DNA from: Diplonema japonicum
Lineage: Eukaryota > Protista > Euglenozoa: Diplonemea
NCBI GenBank assembly: GCA_964019335.1
Contig: OZ025705.1
Span: 310,001 to 374,000, forward strand
DNA: 64,000 bases
Direction of reading: 5' to 3'
Of this stretch, positions 56,728 through 64,000 are shown piece after piece. Numbering within the stretch: position 1 is the first letter of the stretch; each line of letters begins with the position of its first letter. Both the position numbers and the translations under genes were made by a program. Below the pieces are notes generated by a model. The model saw nothing but the letters and a program-made list of their open reading frames with translations, had not been told where the DNA came from and made no database searches.

Positions 56728-57778
56728 TTTGCTTTTTTGTTTTTCTCTCTTTTTCTTTTTTTTTTTTTATGGTGGTCTACTTTAAAGAACGTTTCCCATT
56801 AGGATATAGAAAATATTTTTAAAAAAAAGAACAAAAAGATTTTTCTCTTTTTCCTTCCCCCTTCCTGTCCCTGACGGCGCCAAAGGATATTCAACGGCCT
56901 GAGAGGTCGTCCGAAGGTTCAGAAGGGGGAAAGGAGAAAGGGAGAGAGGGAGGGAAAGTTTAAAAAAGTCGATGCAAACTCCGCGCGAGAGCCGCAGGCC
57001 AAAAAAAAAAAAGAAAAAAGAAAAAAAGAAAGAAAGAAAGAATAAGAAAAGTCGGAGTGTATATTTTCTTAGAAAAGGGGGCCTTCTTGTCGAGTGCATG
57101 CTAGTCACACCACAAAAAAAAAAAGGTCTGTTTTTTTTTTTTTTTTTTTCATTTTTCAAAAATAGAAAAAAAGCCGCCATTTCCACGTAAAAACGATTTT
57201 CGCCTTTCATAAAAGGAAGCAGGGAAGACAGACAGAGGCAACAACCCGTTGCCGTCTGTTGTCGTGTTGAGGAAGAAAGAAATTGAAAACAAAAAAAGAT
57301 AATAAAAGAAAAGAGAATTAAAAAAAAAAAAAAAAAAAAGCAATCGAGGGAGAAGAATATCAGAGGGGGGGGGGGGGGGGGGGGTTGAGCAAAAGACGAT
57401 TGTCACAAAAGGGAAAAGAGAAAGGGTCACACATCATGGGTGAGAGAGAAAAAAAAGAAGGGAAGCCAAAAAAATAAAATAAAATAAAAGAAAGTGATGA
57501 AGGAAAGCAGCTGTCCCCTGGGAATACGGGTCCACAGGGAGGAGAACACAGACATGTTGCGTAGCGAAAGACAAAGGCGTGACTCAGAGTCACGAAAGGT
57601 CACCCTCGCCTCACATTGCTGTGCCTCTTCAGATGGTGTGGTTCATTTGTTTTGTTTTATTTATTTTTTTTGTTTTTCTTTTTAAAAAACTTTTGGCTTG
57701 TCATCCTTCATTTTTTTTTTCTTCTCATTTCTTCAATCCTCGTTTCATTTTAACATTTTTAGTTTTTTTTTTTCTCCA

Positions 57779-58687
57779 TCACCCGATGAGCTTGCACTGA
57801 GAGGCGACGTCGCACTTCACCCTGCACTGGGCGTACCACTGGCTCTGCTGGTAGCAACGGCTCGGTGCCTCACAGCAAGAGGGTGACGACAGGCAGCTTC
57901 CCCACTCCGCAATCTTGGGACCAGAGCAGGTGCCCGCAGGAGAAGGCGGGTTCGTGGGGACAGGTGTGGGAACAGGGGTCGACACGGGAACAGTGGACCC
58001 ACCTGCTGGGGTGGGTGTGGGTGTGGGGGTGGGTGCAGGTGTGGGAACAGGTGTCGCGGTGGTGGTACTGCCACCGTTTCCATTGCCGCTGCTGCTGCTG
58101 CCACCACCAAAGTTGTTGCTGGCACCGTTGAAGTCAAGGTCGATGGCGTTGTAGAAGCTGGCAGAGGTGTCACCGACATCCCAGACTGCAAGGACCACGT
58201 GGTAGCCGCTCCTGGTCGGGACCGTGCAGGAGTGGGTCACCCCAGAGAGAGGAGGCTGCTGCATCTCCCCGTCCACCGTGCAGAAGGGGGTCCCCTCCAA
58301 GGTCTCCCTCCCGAGAGGGTCCACCCCGTTCCACCCTTCCTTCGTGATGAAGTACCTCCAGTCCCGCGTCACGTGGTTCGCCCTGAAGGCCCACGTGAAG
58401 TCCATCGCCCCGCTGCTCACAGAGGTCTTCGCCCACCTCGTCGTCGACTGCTCGTTCAGGGGCGCCCAGTTGTCCTTCCCAGCAGCAGCCACCGTCCCGT
58501 CCGCAGGGCCTGTCTCGGGGTACCGGTCCTCCCCCTCCACGCTCTGCGGCTCGTACTGCACCGCCCCGCAGTTCGTGTTCCTCTTCTGGTTGCACGACCA
58601 GCTCCTCGACGACGGGGTCACCACGTAGCCGTGCCCCTGCGCTGAGGCGAACAGGGCGGTCACGCAGACAACAGAGCGCAGCATCAT
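57779..58687 (-). CDS. AA10 LPMO isoform C, copy 2
   Basis: Identical to 51047-51955. Confidence 0.93.
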   Translation of the reverse strand: MMLRSVVCVTALFASAQGHGYVVTPSSRSWSCNQKRNTNCGAVQYEPQSVEGEDRYPETGPADGTVAAAGKDNWAPLNEQSTTRWAKTSVSSGAMDFTWAFRANHVTRDWRYFITKEGWNGVDPLGRETLEGTPFCTVDGEMQQPPLSGVTHSCTVPTRSGYHVVLAVWDVGDTSASFYNAIDLDFNGASNNFGGGSSSSGNGNGGSTTTATPVPTPAPTPTPTPTPAGGSTVPVSTPVPTPVPTNPPSPAGTCSGPKIAEWGSCLSSPSCCEAPSRCYQQSQWYAQCRVKCDVASQCKLIG

Positions 58688-59119
58688 TTCTTTGTTGTTG
58701 TTTTTTTTTTCTTAAAGTGTTTTGGGGTTACAAAAACCTGTGTGCGTTGAGAGGTGGTTTTGTTAGATGGAAGTGTGTCTCGAGAGAAAAGAAAGAAGAA
58801 AGGAAAAAAAGGAACAGCAAGGTCGCATCCAGCATTCTAGAAAAGGAAAAGAACACCAACACAAACAGAAGTGGTATGAAGGATACTTCTGCATCAAAAA
58901 TACTATTGCATCAAGGGTGGACCAATATCCACCGCTCGACATTCGTACCTTTGCACCCATAATGGACCAGCTAGAGATGAATAGGGTGGAAGATAGAGAA
59001 GGCCGTCTTTGGAGACCACATGAAAGGATGAAACAATCACGATCACGATTTGTGGTGGTGACGACGAACATTCGGATATATTATTTATTATTATTATCAT
59101 TATTTTCCCCTTCACACAT

Positions 59120-59428
59120 TCAAAGCTTTGTCGCGACCACAGCCTTGATCTTCCCATCCTCTATGGTGAAGGTTTCCTTCGCCTTCAGTGTGAGGAGCAG
59201 CATCTTCGCCTTCATCGTGCGGGTGAACTGCTTCCCGTCGGCGGACGCTTCGGGCTCCGAATGCCCGTAGAAGTCAGGCATGTCACTCAGAAGCTGCTTC
59301 CTCAAGGCCCCCTTTCCATTCGCCTCAAACTTCGGGTTCTTGAAGTGCACGTCTTCCGTCATCAAGCTCAGCATCCCGTCAACGTCCTTCGACTTCGTGA
59401 ACTTCGTGTACTGCGCGATAACCTCCAT
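59120..59428 (-). CDS. NTF2/SnoaL-like protein, copy 2
   Basis: Identical to 52388-52696. Confidence 0.75.
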   Translation of the reverse strand: MEVIAQYTKFTKSKDVDGMLSLMTEDVHFKNPKFEANGKGALRKQLLSDMPDFYGHSEPEASADGKQFTRTMKAKMLLLTLKAKETFTIEDGKIKAVVATKL

Positions 59429-59755
59429 GTTTGCGATTGGTGTTTGTGGGGCTGCAGATGGGGGTGAGTGGGGGGGGTGGGTTTGCTTGTAAAGAATGCC
59501 TTGTTGTCAAAAACAAAAAATAAAATAAATCAAAAACCGGGGGGGGGGGGGGGGGTTAGAAACTATAATAAGAGGGCTGCAAAAGCCGTAGCTGTTGCTA
59601 TCCACTCTTTCTCTTGTTTCAAAAAAATCAAAGATAAGTTTAAAGACGGGGGAAGAGGAGGGACTCTTTCCTCCTCGAAAACAAAAAAAATACTTTTTTA
59701 TCTACAATTGCGAGGGAGGGGGGGATAAAGAAAAAGAAAAGGGCACAGAGAGGGC

Positions 59756-60034
59756 TTATTTCCCAGGGAACTGAGCGTTCTTCTGCTGCTCAAGGAGTTC
59801 CTGGAACTTCTGCTTGAAGTGAGCGGAGTGGTCCCTCATCTTCTTGTTGAACTTGTCGGTGTGCTCCTTGATCATCTTCTCGAACTTGTCGTAGTGCTCC
59901 TTCATCTCAGGCGACAGGGTCGACTCGTCGGGCTTGTCCGCGAAGAACTTCTTGTTCTGCTCCTCCATCTTCTTGCTGAACTCGGCATCGAGGCGGTCGA
60001 GCTTGTCGCTGAACTCCTGGTACGTGGTGCACAT
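59756..60034 (-). CDS. KMP11: KMP-11 homolog, copy 3
   Basis: Identical to 46292-46570. Confidence 0.96.
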   Translation of the reverse strand: MCTTYQEFSDKLDRLDAEFSKKMEEQNKKFFADKPDESTLSPEMKEHYDKFEKMIKEHTDKFNKKMRDHSAHFKQKFQELLEQQKNAQFPGK

Positions 60035-61013
60035 CTTTCTCTTTTTTTTTGGTTGTTTAAAGGTTGTTTGTGTTGTGTGGCCCTTTTTGTTGTCTTATTT
60101 TGGAAAGAAGAACGATTCATAGAAAACACAAAATATAAACGGATTCATTTTTCTCTTTTCCTTCCCCCTTCCTGTCCCTGACGGCGCCAAAGGATATTCA
60201 ACGGCCTGAGAGGTCGTCCGAAGGTTCAGAAGGGGGAAAGGAGAAAGGGAGAGAGGGAGGAAGGGAGGGAGGGAAAGTATAAAAAAGAAGACTTGAACTG
60301 TATATTCTTAAAAGGGTACCTTCGTCCAGTGCAATGCAGGTCTGCACGCAACCACAAAAGAAGGCCACCCTCTTATTTGTTCTTTTTTTAAAGCCACCAC
60401 TTCCACGTAAAGACGATTATCACCTTTCATAAAAGGAAGCAGGGAAGACAGACAGAGGCAACAACCCGTTGCCGTCTGTTGTCGTGTTAAGGAAGAAGTG
60501 AAACTTGAAACAAACAAAAGGGGAAAACCATTTAAGGGTATCTGCGGTATGTCGCAGAAGGCTTAAATAATAAAGGTAAAAAAAAAAGGGAAACAAACGA
60601 GAGAGAAGATATGTCAGAGGAGGGGGTTTGTGTTTGGTATTAAACAAAAGAAAAATACGATTGCCACAAAGGGGAGAAGGGAAAGGGGGCACATCAAACA
60701 AGAATCGTTGTGAAAGAAGAAGGAGAAAAAAAAAGAAAGAGGAAAGCATCATATGTGGGTCCACAGCGAAGAGAACACACAGACAGGTAAGCAGAGAGGT
60801 GGCGTGACTCGGAGTCACGAAAGGCCCACGCCTTTGCTTGATTTCTTGTGGTTCTCTTCTTGGTTGCCATCCTTCCTTTTTTTTCCCTTCGATTTCGGTT
60901 CATTTTAATGTTTGTTTGTTTTTTTTTTCTTGTTTGTTGTTTTTGTTTTTTTTTTTTTTGTTTTTTTTTTTTTTGGTTTTTTTTTTTTTTTTTTTGCCAG
61001 CTCCTCAGCACCA

Positions 61014-62015
61014 TCACCCGATGAGCTTGCACTGAGAGGCAACGTCGCAAGTCACCCTGCACTGGGCGTACCACTGGCTCTGCTGGTAGCAACGGCTCGG
61101 TGCCTCACAGCAAGAGGGTGACGACAGGCAGCTTCCCCACTCCGCAATCTTGGGACCAGAGCAGGTGCCCGCGGGAGGGGGCAGGTTCGTGGGGACGGTT
61201 GCGGTGGTGGTACTGCTGCCGCTGTTGCTGCTGCTGGTACTGCCACCACTGCTGCTGCTGCCGGTGGTGGTGGTGCTGCCACCGCTGGTGGTGGTGGTAC
61301 TGCCACCGCTGCTGGTACTGCCGCCGTTGAGGCTGCTGCTGCTGCTGCTGCTGGTGGTGGTGGTGGTGGTGGTACTGCTGCTGCTGCTGGTACTGCCACC
61401 ACTGCTGCTGCTGCTGCTGCCGCCATTACCACTACCAAAGTTGTTGCTGGCACCGTTGAAGTCAAGGTCGATGGCGTTGTAGAAGCTGGCAGAGGTGTCA
61501 CCGACATCCCAGACTGCAAGGACCACGTGGTAGCCGCTCCTGGTCGGGACCGTGCAGGAGTGGGTCACCCCAGAGAGAGGAGGCTGCTGCATCTCCCCGT
61601 CCACCGTGCAGAAGGGGGTCCCCTCCAAGGTCTCCCTCCCGAGAGGGTCCACCCCGTTCCACCCTTCCTTCGTGATGAAGTACCTCCAGTCCCGCGTCAC
61701 GTGGTTCGCCCTGAAGGCCCACGTGAAGTCCATCGCCCCGCTGCTCACAGAGGTCTTCGCCCACCTCGTCGTCGACTGCTCGTTCAGGGGCGCCCAGTTG
61801 TCCTTCCCAGCAGCAGCCACCGTCCCGTCCGCAGGGCCTGTCTCGGGGTACCGGTCCTCCCCCTCCACGCTCTGCGGCTCGTACTGCACCGCCCCGCAGT
61901 TCGTGTTCCTCTTCTGGTTGCACGACCAGCTCCTCGACGACGGGGTCACCACGTAGCCGTGCCCCTGCGCTGAGGCGAACAGGGCGGTCACGCAGACAAC
62001 AGAGCGCAGCATCAT
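61014..62015 (-). CDS. AA10 LPMO isoform B, copy 3
   Basis: Identical to 47550-48551. Confidence 0.93.
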   Translation of the reverse strand: MMLRSVVCVTALFASAQGHGYVVTPSSRSWSCNQKRNTNCGAVQYEPQSVEGEDRYPETGPADGTVAAAGKDNWAPLNEQSTTRWAKTSVSSGAMDFTWAFRANHVTRDWRYFITKEGWNGVDPLGRETLEGTPFCTVDGEMQQPPLSGVTHSCTVPTRSGYHVVLAVWDVGDTSASFYNAIDLDFNGASNNFGSGNGGSSSSSSGGSTSSSSSTTTTTTTSSSSSSSLNGGSTSSGGSTTTTSGGSTTTTGSSSSGGSTSSSNSGSSTTTATVPTNLPPPAGTCSGPKIAEWGSCLSSPSCCEAPSRCYQQSQWYAQCRVTCDVASQCKLIG

Positions 62016-62712
62016 TTCTTTGTTGTTGTTTTTTTTTTCTTAAAGTGTTTTGGGGTTACAAAAACCTGTGTGCGTTGAGGTGGATAGGAAAGGAGAAGGA
62101 ATAAAAGGAAATAAAGAAGCCCCTCCCTCAATTCTGTACCAAAGCAAAGGAGCAAAATACAGAAAGGGGGTGAGTGAAGAAAAAAAGAGAACAACATCTT
62201 CAACATCAGCAGCTTTTTATTTTATTTTTTTTCGGACAAGAACTGTAGCAAATGGCAAAGAGGAGAAGGGGAAGAAGAAAAAGTTGGTGGTTGATGCACA
62301 CCAACCAAGTTAGGGAGAAGCCAAAAGCAAAAGCAAAAACAAAAACAAAAGGAGTATGCTGCACACCTTGGAGGAAGAAATAACTATTTCAAAAAAAAGA
62401 AGAAGAAACCCCATTGATCTTCCAGGATAGCCTGTGGAAGTATGGAACCAAATGAAATGAAATGAAGGCCCTCCAGCGCACACACATATCGGAAAAAAAT
62501 AAGAAAATCAAAAAACAGAGAGAAAGTTTCAGTGTGCATGGGGGTGCTTACTGTTGTAGAAAAGAAAGAAAGGAAGGAAAAAACCCCCAACAAAGATAGT
62601 GGGGAAGAACTTGGTGTTTTTGAGATTTAAGATTTAGTGACTCATCGGAAATTTAAACATCACACAAAAGAGAAGCGAAAAAGAAGTGTTTTATTTTTCT
62701 TTTTTTTTCATT

Positions 62713-63459
62713 TTATTGTTTGAGGAGGATGTCAGAGCAGCCCTGCTGCTTGCAGACCTCTTCCAGATTGGAGGCGTTGCTCTCGCAGGAGAGACCCTTT
62801 GCATGCATCCTGCCCAGAACAGTCGACTCGGAGAGGTAGAAGTTCGCGAAGGGTGTCATGAAGTCCTCGGAGATGCTCTTCTCGCAGAGCCCCGTCTTCA
62901 TGAGGGCTGCCCGCCAGTTTTGCACCTTCGGGTAGCCGTGAGCAAAGTCGTAGCCGGTCTTCTCCTTGATGATCTGTGTTCGGTGCAGCAAAGGAAGCCA
63001 GGTCATGTCCACTGTGCTCACGGTGTCGCTGTTGAAGAACTCCGCCCCCCCAAGCACCTTCTCCACCTTCGCAAAGGCCGTCGCTATCTTCATCGTCCGC
63101 TCCCTCAACGTCTCCCCGTCACTGCTGGACTGCGCCCCGCACTGCGGCATGTAGTTCTTGCTCCCGAGGTACCCCCAAGCCCTGTTCTGCGCCCTCTGCA
63201 CGAGGCTCAGGTCCGGCTGCAGGGCAGGGTAAGCCTCCTCGATGTACTCCGCGATCGCCTCCGACTCGAACAGCACCTCCTCCTTCTCAGTCACAAGCAG
63301 CGGCACCTGCCCGTTGGGCGAGATGTCCAAAAACCACTGCGGCTTCTCCTTCAGGTTGATGTACTCCACAACGTAAGGGGTCTTCTTCGCCTCCAGCAGG
63401 GCCGTGATCCGCTGAACGAAGGGGCAGATCTTGAAGCTGATCACTTTTAACACCGGCAT
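62713..63459 (-). CDS. Omega/DHAR-like GST, copy 3
   Basis: Identical to 49249-49995. Confidence 0.9.
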   Translation of the reverse strand: MPVLKVISFKICPFVQRITALLEAKKTPYVVEYINLKEKPQWFLDISPNGQVPLLVTEKEEVLFESEAIAEYIEEAYPALQPDLSLVQRAQNRAWGYLGSKNYMPQCGAQSSSDGETLRERTMKIATAFAKVEKVLGGAEFFNSDTVSTVDMTWLPLLHRTQIIKEKTGYDFAHGYPKVQNWRAALMKTGLCEKSISEDFMTPFANFYLSESTVLGRMHAKGLSCESNASNLEEVCKQQGCSDILLKQ

Positions 63460-64000
63460 TTTGCTTTTTTGTTTTTCTCTCTTTTTCTTTTTTTTTTTTT
63501 ATGGTGGTCTACTTTAAAGAACGTTTCCCATTAGGATATAGAAAATATTTTTAAAAAAAAGAACAAAAAGATTTTTCTCTTTTTCCTTCCCCCTTCCTGT
63601 CCCTGACGGCGCCAAAGGATATTCAACGGCCTGAGAGGTCGTCCGAAGGTTCAGAAGGGGGAAAGGAGAAAGGGAGAGAGGGAGGGAAAGTTTAAAAAAG
63701 TCGATGCAAACTCCGCGCGAGAGCCGCAGGCCAAAAAAAAAAAAGAAAAAAGAAAAAAAGAAAGAAAGAAAGAATAAGAAAAGTCGGAGTGTATATTTTC
63801 TTAGAAAAGGGGGCCTTCTTGTCGAGTGCATGCTAGTCACACCACAAAAAAAAAAAGGTCTGTTTTTTTTTTTTTTTTTTTCATTTTTCAAAAATAGAAA
63901 AAAAGCCGCCATTTCCACGTAAAAACGATTTTCGCCTTTCATAAAAGGAAGCAGGGAAGACAGACAGAGGCAACAACCCGTTGCCGTCTGTTGTCGTGTT

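Larger units (their letters stand above)
46110..64000. repeat. Tandem array, 6732-bp unit, about 2.7 copies visible and continuing past the window
   Basis: All ORFs recur at +6732 and +13464 (e.g. 46292/53024/59756). Unit = KMP-11, LPMO-B, GST, LPMO-C, NTF2-like. Confidence 0.97.

Noticed and set aside
46110-64000. Bacterial contamination or CRISPR-like array
   Set aside because: Bacterial-like genes are interleaved with KMP-11 and host-type spacers; repeats are whole-gene units with no repeat-spacer pattern.

Overview
Eukaryotic genomic window, most likely from a euglenozoan and probably a diplonemid. The evidence is KMP-11, a kinetoplastid-type PKA-regulatory-like protein, a cruzipain-like protease, every credible gene on the minus strand (a directional cluster), homopolymer-rich spacers and frequent 42-81 nt GT-AG introns. 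The left half holds a VSP/TPTE-like phosphatase, an apparently full-length APE-type non-LTR retrotransposon (plus a 1 kb 5'-truncated copy), several single-copy genes and a decayed TTAA-flanked piggyBac. In the retrotransposon, ORF1 and ORF2 are in one frame, separated by a single UGA-CUA stop, and ORF2 begins with a 2A-like peptide. The main accessory system is chitinolytic: seven secreted bacterial-type (GbpA/CBP21-like) AA10 LPMOs in three isoforms and two disrupted GH18 chitinase copies. All nine carry the same 8-Cys CBM1-like module and are followed by the same 3' stem-loop. Five LPMOs lie in a 6732-bp tandem array with KMP-11, a bacterial-type Cys-GST and an NTF2/SnoaL-like protein. Also notable are an acylated kinase-receiver-PP2C fusion and a DysF-GRAM-VASt lipid-transfer protein. 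Homology calls come from motif recognition by eye; no searches were run.
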